From Selaginella moellendorffii (taxonomy: Eukaryota; Plantae; Lycopodiophyta), in the NCBI RefSeq assembly GCF_000143415.4, contig NW_003314312.1:1234915-1298914 (forward strand): a stretch of 64,000 bases of DNA, given 5' to 3'. Positions 12,965 through 26,467 of this stretch are shown here, in pieces. A program made the position numbers and the translations under genes. Under the pieces are notes generated by a model. The model was not told the origin of the DNA and ran no database searches. It saw nothing but the letters and a program-made list of their open reading frames with translations. The stretch's first letter is position 1. Each line of letters begins with the position of its first letter.

Positions 12965-15789
12965 CATAGCCATCCAACACTTTACAAACATCATGAATGT
13001 GCTCCTCCCACATCCCCTTTGAGTAGATCAAGACATCATCAATTAAGTCAGTAGTCACTTTTGGCATATCGCAAAGAACCTTATCCATCATCCATTAAAA
13101 AGTTGCTGGAGTATTGTTCAAACCAAACAGTGTCACCAAAAACTCTTACAAACTAAATGGTGTACGAAAAATAGTCTTAAGAATATCTTTTTTAGCCATT
13201 GGTATTTGCCAGCACCCAGAAGCAAGATCTAGCTTGGTGAACCAACGACTTCGCCCCAAATGATCCAAGAGATTAGCAGTATGAGGAAGAGGGTACATAT
13301 TTGGGGTCGTCACTTCGTTTAACGAATGATAGTCGATGCAGAAATGAATACTCCCATCAAGCTTCATCACAAAATGAGGTTCACATGCCCAAGGACTCCG
13401 TGACTTCCGAATAACACCCTTCTCCAACATCTCCTTGACATTTGCATGTAAAATCTTGATCTCCTTGGGTGATTGACGACGAACATGAACCATGATTGGA
13501 CGAGCATCCCCGGTTGGAATCGGATGACATATGGCAATCTTGGCCCCAGACGATAGGTCAAATTCAAAGAGATTAGAATACTCCTTCATGAGCTGGTTAA
13601 CCGCTACAACACAAAGATTATCAGAGGGATTGAAAAAGGGAAGAGTAGAACAAGATGGAAATATAGGAGGAAATAGTGAGGGGACAAAAGTAATGGAAGC
13701 AAAGGTAAAAGTAGAGGGATGAAGAGGTATGGAAGTAAGAGGAATGGATGAAATATAAGGAAGTATGAGACAAGGGGGAGAAGTCTCAAAGTCACACTTG
13801 GCATGATTGTGCTGCAACCAATCTATACCAAGGATGAAGTTAAAAGCTTGATTCGGCACCACCCATAATGATTGCAAGTGAAGCTTGAGATCACCCACAT
13901 GCACAACCAGGTCTGCCTCATCCTGTGCACATGCATGTATATGGCCATTTCCATAAAGAATGAAAACTGGTTCCGCTACACGACACAAGTGTAGATGGCA
14001 ATGTGTGGCAATAGGTCAAGCAATAGAAGATAAACTCAAACCTGTATCAACCAACACGGAGAGAATAATAGGAGACCTCTTGTTATAAAAATGAGCTTGG
14101 AAAGTAAACACTAGATGAACTGGTGCCGAGTGAACCCCTTGATAATACTCCTAAAAGAAAGATGGAGGGGTCACTGACTTATTCCCGCAAAGTCCCTCCA
14201 TTACTCGTGCGACTCCTCATTTCCCGGATGCATCTCGGTGTCCAGACCCTCTACTGCAACAGCACTAACAGAACGTTGTTGACACCAAGGTCTCCACCCA
14301 GGAAATGCAGGTCACCAATTCGGAAAACGCCGACAACGCCGATAAGTATGACCAACTTCATCATACGCCTGGCAGCAAACATCATGGCCACGACCACGTT
14401 CTTGCTCTTGTCCTTGGACTCAAGTAGTAGCAGTATCAACCTCCATTGGAACAGGACCATCACTCATAGGAAGTGGAGCTGAAGGATGTGCAGTGAGAAG
14501 TGGAAGAGGCGACGTCTCATAACGTTGTGCTAAGTGAAGAGCATCGTTAAGGGTGGTGGGAGCAAGTGCATGCATAAGTCCAACAAGATCTTGTCGAAGT
14601 GCTAGCCACAACATTCCTAGCTTAATCTGCTCCGACATATTTGGCTCCACATAAAGCAAAAGACTTCAGAAACGAATGCTAAATTGCATTACCGACTAGA
14701 TGGCCCTTGGCAAAGATGATGCAATTGTTGATAGGCATCATCACAATTGTTGGCATGAATGCGCATTTAAAGATGTCCGGGAGAACACTCCAATCCCCAC
14801 AAGTGGCTACGCTCAAACCATTGTACCACTGCAATGCCATCCCTTGGAGACACATGGGAAACTCACGCAAACGTTGAGTATCATCCCAAGAATGATATGT
14901 GGCAATCACCATGAAGTGATCGAATAAATAGTACACATCATCCCCAGGATTCCGGCAAAAGAACTCCGGCCAAATGTGAGGATTGGCACCAAGAGCAGGA
15001 GGAGGTGTACCATATGCCATGAATGCCGCCATCAACTTAGTTTGGTTGTTCAATTGCAAGCGCATAGCATCAAGAAATTGTACCAATTGCTGCTCCAAAG
15101 ACAAAGGAGGAGATTGCTGATCTGCCATGAAGATGAATGAAAAGGAAAGAGCAAAAGAAGAGAAATAACAAAAGGCTAGAAGGAAATGGAGATCTAGACA
15201 ATGCAAAAAGCTAGATCTAAACCAAAATCCTGAAAGAAAAGAACAAAAGAAAGGAAATGGAAAAAGTTAGATCTAAATCAAAATCCTAAATCCAAACACT
15301 CCTCAGGGACAATCAAAGGTGCCCCTTAACTCCACCAATGTGAGTGCTTGGAATATAGAAAGGGAATATAGAAAATGTCCATATCAATTAGCCCAAAAAC
15401 CCTAGTTTATATACATGAGCGAGTGGTCTGAATTGAAACCAATCCAACAGCTACCAAAATTTTACTATGCTAATATTAGTATACGGCATTGTAGCCATAC
15501 ACTTGGCCCTCACAAGTCCTTTTTTAATGAATTACAAGAAAATAAAAAATGTGATAATTTTAAAAGTAGTTCAGCTTTAGGAAAGATCGGTTCTTATGAA
15601 TTTTGTCTTTCTAAATGACTCAATATAATAGAAACTTTTGACCCAAGTATTTACATGTTTCAATATTTAAAAGTTCATCAAAACTGTCATTTTTTTCAGC
15701 TTAAATTTCTTTGATAAGACTTCTAGTTGACTATATTGACTTGAGTGACTTGTGCTGAGTTGAGCTTAACTCAACTTTGGACCATCCCC

Positions 15790-16766
15790 ATCTAAAAATT
15801 GAATAAAGCAAGCATCAAGAGTTTTGTATGAAAAGATTGGCAACTTTTTACTACCTATTGACTTCACTCAAAATGATGTAGATTCAAGAGGCTCTCTTTA
15901 CATGGAGCACAACTAGATGATATTGATTAGGCTCTATGTCAATAACACACTAATCATTATGGAGAACATGGTTATTTCACTTGCTGTTAAGGAGTAGTTG
16001 TCTTCAAGGTTTACCATGGTCAATATTGGACCAATCAAGTACTGCCTTGGCAGCCAAATTTGTCATTGCAATGATGTCATGGACCTATCTTAAGCTCATT
16101 ATGTTTTTGATCTTTTGAATTATTTTCAAATATAAAACACAAAGCTAATACCAACACCAACAACTTCTAGCTACATCCTTATAGCTCAACAGATCAGAGG
16201 ACCACCATGCTATGATGACTGGTGTATCATACTGATAAGCCATTGGCAGCCTACTATACTTAATAGTGTGCACACATCAAGATATCACATTCCTTGTGAG
16301 AATTGTCTCCTAGTTCATAGAGAATCCAAGTTGGGCACACTGGGTTGCTGTGAAAGGATTTTCTGCTACCTTATTAATATTGTCAACTATGGCTTTGTTT
16401 ATGAAGAAGTTCTAGAGGTAGAGTTTGATTGGAGCAGATATGCTGATGCTAACGTTGCTGGAGATCTAGATTTTTGCAAATCCACATTAGATTATTATTT
16501 TAACTTGGGCTTTGCATTGATCATATGGTCCAACAAGAAATAGGACATCACCATACTAAAGTAGAGTGTGTGATGCTGATAGCAATGACACAGGATGCTC
16601 TTTGGCTACACAAAAATCTCTTGTGAGAGATTATACCAATCTTCTATGACAATGAGAGTGTTATTGCTCTCACAAAGGACATATGACATCATGGAAGGAC
16701 AAATCATATTTAAACTAGATTTCACATTATCCAAGAACATATTTGTAAGGGAACTTTTAAGTCTTA
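15790..16766 (+). mobile_element. Ty1/Copia remnant (RT and RNase H); continues at 47266-47400
   Basis: YADANVAGDLDFCKST..IIWSNKK. The RNase H end (MANILTKPLP) and a purine tract plus TG resume after 47265. Confidence 0.75.
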
Positions 16767-19700
16767 TATTAGGCTCTAGCTTTAACCATGTGTTCAATGT
16801 TGGTCAAAAGGAGGCTCAAGGGTATATTAAAGCATGTTATGGTAAGGAACTGAACCTACCCTAGGGCTCAAAATGGAACGGCGGCACAATGGAGCTTTTG
16901 AGGTAGCTCGGGGGTGGTTGGGTGGTGAGGAACCTCAAGAGGAGGTGTGGAATAGTTTAAGAAGACTAGATCTTTATCTTTTTGCCCTGGATCATAACAT
17001 TGGTATCAGAGGGAGGTTGGTTACGATGGCCAACCAAGCTAAACGCTAGAATCCTATTGTCGATGGTGGTGCTGATGATGGTGCCGATGGAGCTGCGGAG
17101 GTTTGGACCATTCAAGATGTTGTTCATGAGTTGCGAGCCCTTAACTGAAATCAGCAAGAGATGCAAGATGAAATGCATGGCATGATGGATACCATGTGTG
17201 AGCATGTTGAGGCACTCAAGGCTGGATATGGTAGCACTCCAAGTAAGCCTTCCTTGATATATCGACTCAAGATTCCAACTTTTTTCAATGATGGTGGTGT
17301 GAACGAGTGTTTCACTTGGCTAGCCAATGTGAAGAAGTTTTTGGTTGCTAAAGGAACTCTATATGCAAATGCTTTAGTGGCTATTCTAATGGTTTTGTGT
17401 GATAGGGGTCTTCAGTGGTGGAATTGACTTGAGAGTCCCGTGTTGCGGATAAAAAGCCACCAATGTCTACCATAAATGAGTTTGAGGCTACTTTTCATCT
17501 ATGTTTTGCCCCTCATTACGACCTGGAGAATGCTCATACAGAACTTTAAAATTTTCAGCAAGGAAAAATAACACCTGGGAACTATATTGAGAAGCTTATT
17601 CACTTGATTAGTTGTGTTCTCATAAAGGATCTAGATCAGAAAAAGTCCTACTTCATTGATGGCCTTCATAGTGAAAGTATGCGGCAACACTTACATCATT
17701 CTCAGTCTACAAAGAGTTTGGAGGAGCTTTTTGATGCAACTAGTCAACTTGACAATGACAAGCACAAATCTCATAAGCATTCAAGAAGTCCTTCTGTCAA
17801 GAATTTTCATGATGATCATCATGGACATAAGGATGGAAACAAGCATCACAAGCTGAAGTCTGTGGTGGTTATTTTGGATGCAAAGGGGTCAAAGAAGTAG
17901 AAGTTCTTTATGAAGAATTATAGATAGGGTTGTCATAATTGCGGCAAGTTTGGACACTATAAGACTAATTGTCTACAGCTGAAGAACAAATAGCAAGGCA
18001 AGAAGAATGGCCAATCTTCTACTTACGGTAAGTTACATATTAAAAAGTTGCAAATTTTGTAGTGTGAGGACGATGGGGATGACCATTCTGGTCGGAAGAA
18101 GAGGCTTTCGATCATTTCTCATCAACTCAATTATGTTTGAAACGAGATGGAGCTCGAGGACACTCATGAATCAACTTTAATGTTGGAGGGCGTGTTTCGT
18201 GGCGGTCCAGTGTGGATTTTACTAGATAGCGGGAGTAATGACAACTTTGTTTCGGCAAAGTTTATTGTGGAGCATGGTTTGGTGACACGAGGAGTTCTTC
18301 CATATATAGTGGAAGGTGTAGCTACCTCTGCTTAGCATTTTGATGCTTATGTAGTGGGGCTGGAAGTGTTGGTTTGCTGAACGTGTATGTACATTCCCCA
18401 TGTCCCAATGGGACTAATACAAAAACTAAGTGTGCCGCCCTCTCATTGAGCTACTCTACATGATCGTCATATGTCGCAGCTAGACCTAGTCCTAGAGTAG
18501 AAGTGGACGTGGTCATCTCAAGTGAATCATGTTGATGTCCAAGTCTCCTCCACGAGCTAACCTTAGAACAGAGTCTAGAGGGCACCACTGCCAGCAAATC
18601 TCACCACCTCCCAATCTGCCGAAGCATGGGAGCCACTTGGATCTCCACTCCTCGAGCTGCCTTGGTTTCGCCCGCTCTTTCAGGATGGTGTAGTGAAGAC
18701 GCACCACTGCAAGAGTGAGTCTCCACCACGTTGCCACCACTGCTGATATTCTCGCTTGTTGCCCATCAAAGCAACAATGATTCCGTGCCTCCTAGAGTGC
18801 CTGCACTCCTGTTGCCCTCCAAATGGACCAGCACTCATGGCCCATTGCCTCCCAGATGGACATCCCAACTTCAGCCCCTGTCGCGTCCCACCAGATTCGC
18901 ATGTTCCATTTGTGTCATTCATAGCAACGAATACGCCTCCAAGCTGGACCAATGGCTGGACCTCTAGCTCCCTCGAACCAGTGGAGGATATCCCCACACC
19001 GAGCCTCGAACTCTGGAATGTCTCCGAGTTCCTACGTCGCCTTGAAGATCTGTCGCCATACTTCTCTCGCCACGTCACATTCCCATAGTGCATGTCACAC
19101 TGTCTCCAGCTCGCCGCACTCCTTGCATCATCGGCATGCTTCTTCCTGGAACCACTGTCCTACCAGCAACCCGTTATTTGCCACCAACCAAGAGGTGGCC
19201 TTGACTTTCTCCTGTACCGGTAGTTTCCAGAACGCAAGTGTGTTGCCCACCACCTGATTTGCTTTAACTCCTTGCTCGATCCATTTCTTCCAGAGCTTGG
19301 GGATCTCCTCTCTGGCCTCCTCCTTGCTGGTCAAGAGACCATCCCTTGCTTCTTTGATGCCAAAGGAGAAGAAGCTCCTCACTCCTTGTTTCCATGCTGC
19401 GGGGTCCCAATCCAGATCCTCGATGAGCTGCTGTCGCCACCATATGAGAATGCCATTCCCCTCTAGTGTGGCCAACGATTGAACCACCACTGATTGCTTC
19501 AGAGCCTGTCGTATTACTCGAATCCTGCCCTTGACTTCATCATCCATCACCATTGTTCATCCCCTGCTAGCAGCAGCATGTCGCCTCTCAAGACCCGAAA
19601 AGGATGCTCGACATTTTCGTCTGGAGACACAACGAACCACACCTCCACATCTCTGTCCTCCCAAGCTGGTGTTGGGGCCGTAAACACCCATGTCCAGGCC

Positions 19701-21118
19701 CCCAAGCTGACTAGTTCCCTATCTGGCTCCACGTCCCATTGCAGAGCCACAAAGTCTCCAGGTTTAAGACAACACCTAGGCCAAAGCAGCCCCTTCTTCG
19801 CCTCACTCACTGCTTTGATAATGCGAAGAAGATCAAGGTGGACTTTCCTCCACCATCCCGGGTTAAAGACCTGCATATGTCTCGTAGTTTTCCTCCTGTC
19901 CTTGTCCAAAACCCGCACTAGTTGCTTGAGAGTCCAGAAGTCTGCGCTATGTAGCTTTCTCCAGATTGTGTAGTGGTCCTCTCTGCCCAGTGTCCTGTCA
20001 TCCAGCTTGAAGAGGTCATTGAAGAATAGGGGCTGGTTCAACCAGTCCTCTGCTTGCCTTGACAAATCCCTACTGACTAGAAACGCGCTCCATAACCTGA
20101 GAAACCCCTGGACCAGAGTGCCCCCCTTGACTTCTTGCTTCGGCCCCTCGGCAAAGAGCCAATGTGGATCCTCCTCCCACGGTCTTGCAGTGTTGTGCTT
20201 GGGCCGGATTGCCAACAAGTTCTGCCTAAACATAAGTCTCCAAGGTTGGTTACTTGGTTAAAGGCCCATGAGGAGGATTTTGTACTGTAGCACCTTCGCC
20301 ATATCGCTTGGATTGATTACTCCAAGTCCTCCCAAGACTCACGAATGTGCTGTAGATTGCCATGTGACCTTGGCCATGCTCCTCCCTGTGACTAGTGCGC
20401 CCCGCCACAAAAACTGACAAACCATCATGCGTACCTTTCTAAGAGTGCGTTCTGGGACAAGCCAGATGGAGAGGTGGTACCAAATGCTGGGCAGAATGAT
20501 GCTCCTGGCTACTACCACTCTCACTGGCAAGTCGAGTTTCCGGGGAGCCCACTTCTAGATTGACGTTCGTACCTGTTAGAGCAAGGTGTCATCCTGGAGT
20601 GCTGCATTGAACCAAGTACCAACCTAAATCCCTAGGTACCTGGCGTCCTCTCCTGGTTTGAGCCACTAGAAGCCGATGCTCTGTCCCAAGCTCTATTTCG
20701 TTAAAGTGGGAATTGTCATTATCCCACTTGTAAAATAAGGTTTCCAAACCTTTATATAGTATATAAATATAACAAAATTCAACTGCATTGAGGCACATGC
20801 CATTTTATTTTAAACAAGGAAATGTCTACTCAATCACTTCTCACTGCTTCACCTCTCTCTTCTCCTTGTCATCGTCGTCCAATTTCTTTCCATCCTTTTA
20901 ATATTGGCTCAGTTGCTCCGAGTCTAGGTGGAGCCCAAGTCCCCATTCAATCTTTACTTTCCCCTTATTAATAAAACAACTTCGTAGACTTCCAATAACA
21001 TGCTGTAACACTTCTAGTATAATGCAAATCCTCTCAAAGAATTGTCTTTTAATATTAATACAATGGCATGGAACCCCATGCCATAATAAGTTACATTTTT
21101 AAATAAATACATGCCATC

Positions 21119-24100
21119 TCAGACTGTTATTTTTTGCCTCCAACGCCTATACAATAATCTTGGAATTTCATCACTCTCCACACTATCAGGATTTAAACCC
21201 AATAGTAATGCCATCTCTTCTCTAATACGTCCACGCTCATGTTCAGTGGTCGAAGAACCCATCCGATTGAGCAGATTATGGAGATGCGGATAGTGCTTGG
21301 CTAGACAATATACATGCCATAAATGATGACTGGTGTCTGTCCGATCAAATGGCTTCTGATATACCGTTCCATCTGCCATTTGGTTGATTTCTGCAGCCAC
21401 CTCCTGGACTGGCCGGTTCTCTATCACCATCGCTTCAAGCCGTTTTGCAAGGTCCCCCAGAACATACGGTTTCTTCTCCCTAGTTTCCATACTGCAAGAG
21501 ATGGGGTGCACTGCATATGTGTGCGTGTTCGCTGCAGTTTTAATCGGCGAGTCATCGATGATGAGGATTTCACTTGACCTAGCAGTCCGGTTCATCACTA
21601 CAGCCTCTGCCTTGACGAAGATGGGCTTGCTACCCCTCACATGGACCATAGTCAAGCAATCCTCCTGTGTTGGGAGAAAGTCAAATGGTAATATTACTCG
21701 CGTCTGATCGTGCATCATCTGTAGCAACGTTAATGCATTGTGGCGCATCATGGATGTCCAAACTCCCAATTGCAAATTGAACCCGGCCCTCTGTTTTAAG
21801 TGTCGCATGGTCATTATTAGATCCCGCAGTTTCTCCCGTGTGATTAATGTGAATCTGTCTCTTTTGACCAACTTGCGACCGCAGGCTTTGGAGGGTGCAG
21901 TGACATTCGAGGACGAGCCACGCTCATGGGAGAAAAGGACACCGTTCAGATCAAAAACGATACAGTACTTTCGCCGTGACTCTGAAATGAAATGCGTTAG
22001 CATAAAAAATGGTACAAGTCAATTTTACCATCTACAATATTAGCGAATGGTGCTCCCGATGGTCGTTCAGAGGGTTTTGGTCGAGGAAACGTGAAGGGCG
22101 GAAATACTCTCCTCTGCAATGTGGGGTCAATCGCATCCGATGGCGTGTGGGCACATGCCATTTCAGCTGTAGACTCTGGTACAACTGGCTCAACAGTGGC
22201 ATGGGGTGGTTCCGATGGCGTGTGATCACACGCCATTTCAGCTGGTGCCTCCGTTGGCAAAGTGGACATGACCGAACAGGCAGTAGGGGCGGTGTAGGGA
22301 GGTTCCAACGGCGCGTAGTCAGACGATTGGGCACACGTTGGAAATGAGGATACGACCGGCTCGGCGGCTGGGGCGGCCTCATGCGGGTCCAATGGCGCCT
22401 GGTCACCGTCAGTTGGATACGTGGACAAGATTGACTCAGTGGTATGGGCAGCATCAAGTGGAGCGTGGTCAGCTTGCTTGGCGTTGATATGGATAGTAGC
22501 CTCCACCAGCTCTGATGACTCTTGCAGGCAAGTAGAGTCCACTGGCGGATCCATATGCATGTCCAAATATCTCCCTTCGATTGAGATGGTATCCTCCCGT
22601 GCTACTAAAAACAAACTCATTAGCACATTGAATCGACTATACTGTATTTACCATCAACTGCTATTGAGGAACTAGGACCGATATCACTTGGGTGCACTGC
22701 TGATTCTGAAGGATTGGACATACGTTTCGACCCTTGCTTGGCACTATCCTTCCTCGACACTAAAGGCTAGAGTTTGTATCTTAATTCAACTGAATAATCT
22801 CTACTTACCATTTCTTCTGCGACCTACATGGACAATGTTAGAAATGGTAAAAGGTTAGGAATGGATGTACTATTATTTACCTGATGGTTTGTCTTGTATG
22901 ACCTTCCTCCGCTGCTCTTTGGCCACCTCAGGCTGGCCATCATCGTCATCATCGTCATCGTCGTTATTGTGATCGTCACCATTGTGAGGACCATCCAAGT
23001 CCTCTTCGTCCTCCTCTTCTTCGTCCTCCTCTTCTTCGTCCTCCTCTTCGTCCTTCTGCTCTTCCTGCTCATTATCTTTCTCTGGCTCCTCATCCCCCTC
23101 TTGCATTTCTTCCATAGGCTGCTCAGGCTGGATTGCTTGTTTTTCCAGGACCATCTTGGAAAAATCATCTGGCCGAGTCTCCATCTCAAAATACAAGACA
23201 TCCATAGCCTGTTTTAGTGCGTGACCTAGGACCGTATCCTCACCCGACTGTCTTAACATGGTTTCTGCACGTTCTTGCACCCTTCGAAGACGACGAGATG
23301 AGAAAAACGTGGCCCTGACTTGAAAAGCATCCCTCATCCATTGTACCTCTCCATTGAGATTGGGGAAGGGGAGTCCGCCATAGGAATCTGAGTCAGAAGG
23401 TGGTGACTGGCTCCTTTCACTCAGCCCTTGATCTGCAATGAATGGCATGAGCACACACGCCATAACCGCGAGGCATTACCTATCATCTTTTCGTTGCCCT
23501 TCTTCCTTTTCGAATCAAACGCCTCTGATCCCGACGACTGTCCAACGTGCTTTCGCTTTTTATGACCACTGTCAGTTTGAGCTTGGCTGGTGCTTGCCTG
23601 TTTTGCCTTTGAAGAAGTGTCTCCTGCAAGGAATGGCATGAGACCACACGCCATTGCAAATATAATTTGTACCTCCTTTTTTCCTATTGCTTGTCTGTTT
23701 GTCCTTCTTCGACGCGCCACCAGTGCGCTTTTCAGTCCTCGTGTCTGAATATTCACAACGATCTATAATCAAAATGGCGTGAGGCCTCACGTGACCTTAC
23801 CTTGTGCAGGTTGTGACCTCGGCCTAACATCAGTAGCTGTTAACGCCGTTTCAGCATCTGGGGGTGGCCACGCTCCTGCATACAGAGCTTGTGAGATAAC
23901 ATTTAAACTTAAAGTGCGTACTCACCAGGTTCGTAGAGAAGATACTGTTTTTCTTTGGCAACTGTAATTATATGCTCCATTGAAGTCACCTCTTCAATGG
24001 AGTTTGTCACCGCAACACACGGGACACCCTTGAGTAGTGCGGCTCGAAAGAATAGTCCGCCGCAGTTGTACTCGACAACGCATTTGCCCTTGGAGTCACC

Positions 24101-26467
24101 CGCTATTGCGTTGAAGACCCAGCTGAGCATTTCCCATGCTGCACCTGGAGCTTTCTTTGGATTCGAAAGCTCCATAGCCGTCTTCAGTTCCTCAGGCACG
24201 GGTAAATTGACCTCCCTCAGATCAATTCGATCGGCTTTGTTGAACGAAGCTGGGAAGTCACTCCAGTCCCACTCTGCTGCAGGACCAATAACAAGGGCGA
24301 GTGTGAAGATGCGGACATTCGTCGGTATCTTCTTCTTAGCCATTATCCCATGGATCTCCCGCATCTCCTTGCCTTTCAACCGAGCCTTCACCTCGTTCAA
24401 GGCCTTCCAGAACTTGTGATAGGATTCGGAGTCGTAGATCATATAGTGGACTGAAGATTCCACCTCCGCAAGTCCCACCATTAAGTCAATGATGGAGCTG
24501 ACTTCGTCTGCATGAGTGATCTCCTCGTTTGTGAAGTCCATCACACAAAAGATGTTCTTGACCTGCTCATCTCCGCGGGAAACGATGCTCCTCCACCTTT
24601 GATCCTCATCCGAATTCACGTATACCCGGTAAGGTTCTTGATAGGCCTCTGCTGCGGGGTCGAGCTGTTTCTGAAGCCGGCGGTCGACATCCCTCTTAAT
24701 GAAATTTGGATACTGATCCAACTTCTCAGCTTTACTTTTCGTGGCATCCCGCAGCAGATCGATGAACTTGGGGGCCCCCTTCACGTACTCGTCGATGTCT
24801 TCATTTGACAAGTCCAGCTCTTCCATCATCTCTTGCGTGGTGTCGATGCTCACCCTCGCCACGGCCACTTGCTCGAAGATCCAATCCTTCAATAGCGCAC
24901 GAGCTCTCAGAGTCGTGCACAAGTCCTCGTATGTCACAATATGGCCGGGAGTCATTTTGGTCTTGTTGAAGACTACCTCACCAAGTAGAAGAGCATTAGC
25001 CACTGTCAGAAGGTCGTCGTCGTCTAGAGACCGCGAGAAACGCAAGGCGTTGAGCTTCAAATCATTGGGCTTCCGGCCGTCCTCCACACCCATTGAGTTT
25101 AGCAACTCCCCGTCATGGTACCTCCTTAGCACATCTACCCATTTGTCAAAAACAACTTTTGTCGCGTGTAGAATGTTATGGATGCTGAGTGTGTCATTGA
25201 CCCCCAGTGTTTTCGAGAGAAGACTCGAGAATTCCTGCAATGGAAATGGCGTGAGGCCACATGCTATGCCACATGCAACGAGGCTTACCTGCCAGGCGCT
25301 AGTTGCTAGTGCACGTCCTTGTCCTGGTTTTTGTGGCTTCTTCAGTTGAACCCAGAGCTTCCGTGTTCGTGCCAATGTCTCGTGCAGACCCGATTTGTAG
25401 CACGTTTCTTGCTTGACATTCTGCGCGTGGGAGATGTATATGATAGATCGGAGGGGCGAGTTGCCTTTTATCAGGCGGACAACTCTTGTCTTGAAGACTT
25501 TCTTCACCTCCTCGCCCACCATAATATCCACAACTATCTGTTGCATCGCCAAGCTAGAATGCTGCCCGGAGACGGCATAGAACCGGATGTTCTGATCGTC
25601 CAACACCTTCCTATTGATCAAGTCTGGAAACCTTGTCTCGCCCTTCATTGTTCGGTAGTAGGGGATCACGTCTGCGATGTCGGGTGTTATTGGACTTGCC
25701 AGCATCTTCTGCTTCAGTTTCTCCACCCACTCATCAGATACTAGCCTGTGGTTGTATTTGCTTTGGATCTCGATACGGCTCACGTCGATTGTATATACTT
25801 TGTTGGAATAGTAACAAGTACTATTATCTGCGACGATTTTTGCTGCCTCTTCTTGCTCTTTCTGCTCTTTGCGGCTCTTCTTTTTGGTGGGTGTAGTGTT
25901 CGAACCCGAGGCAATGGCATCACCGAGTAGCTTCTTTTTTGGAGCAGCAGAGTCGGACGTCGGCTTGAGCTTGACCACCCTTTTCTGCTTCGGGGTAGTT
26001 TCCAGATCGACCCCCTTCCCCTTCGCTTCGCAAACTGGAGGCACTCTCAACGGCTCAATGTTGGAATATAGTTTTTGAACATCGCCGTAGGTGAGGTCCG
26101 TGGATTCCATGTGATCTTCATAGACCCGCAGCGTCTTTGAAATTGTGGGCCTCCTGGACAACCTCTCCCTAGCTCCCTCTAGGAATTCCTCATAGCCGCT
26201 GCCCCCCTCCGGGAAGCCGCTAGGATGTGCAAGGTGGATCTTGAAGGCGGACGCTGTCTCTACCACAAGTGCCAGTCCATATTCTTGCATGGAACTGCAT
26301 GGAGTGTCTGTCACTTGGATGAGGATCCCCATGCATTCTTTTCTCCCACCATCTGTGTTGTACAGCATCAGATCCTCGCCTTCCATCCCGAAAGTCCAAC
26401 TGGTGAGCTCCTCCCCCTTCTCTGCATCCACATTGACAGTGGCTGGAAGAAGAACGCAATTCCTCGC
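21119..26467 (-). CDS. Multi-exon cargo gene (~1,630 codons plus 5' exon(s)): ParB/Srx-like domain, degenerate SAM-methyltransferase-like region, acidic linker, FCP1/NIF-like HAD phosphatase
   Basis: Predicted exons 26467-25289, 25234-23926, 23875-23801, 23744-23673, 23623-23480, 23432-22881, 22823-22809, 22759-22652, 22604-22029 and 21981-21119 join in frame through GT-AG introns of ~46-57 nt with no stops. Motifs: IDVSRI..NHRLVSDEWVEKLKQKM..FYAVSGQHS; VVEYNCGGLFFRAALLKGVPCVAV; IVFDLNGVL, VWTS, IIDDSPIK. Confidence 0.72.

Larger units (their letters stand above)
6705..15483 (-). mobile_element. Degenerate Ty3/Gypsy family C (5' LTR 15339-15483, gag, PR, RT, RNase H, start of IN); split by a Gypsy A insertion
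   Basis: The LTR is followed by PBS-like TGGTGGAGTTAAGGGG. gag 15206-14420 (DGPVPMEVD); PR-RT 13988-12965 (SRSPWA, FTKLDLASG, IDDVLIYS); RNase H 7561-7319 (DAYDIGLGGVL); IN zinc region 6968-6714 (HDSPVLGGHMG). Confidence 0.85.
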
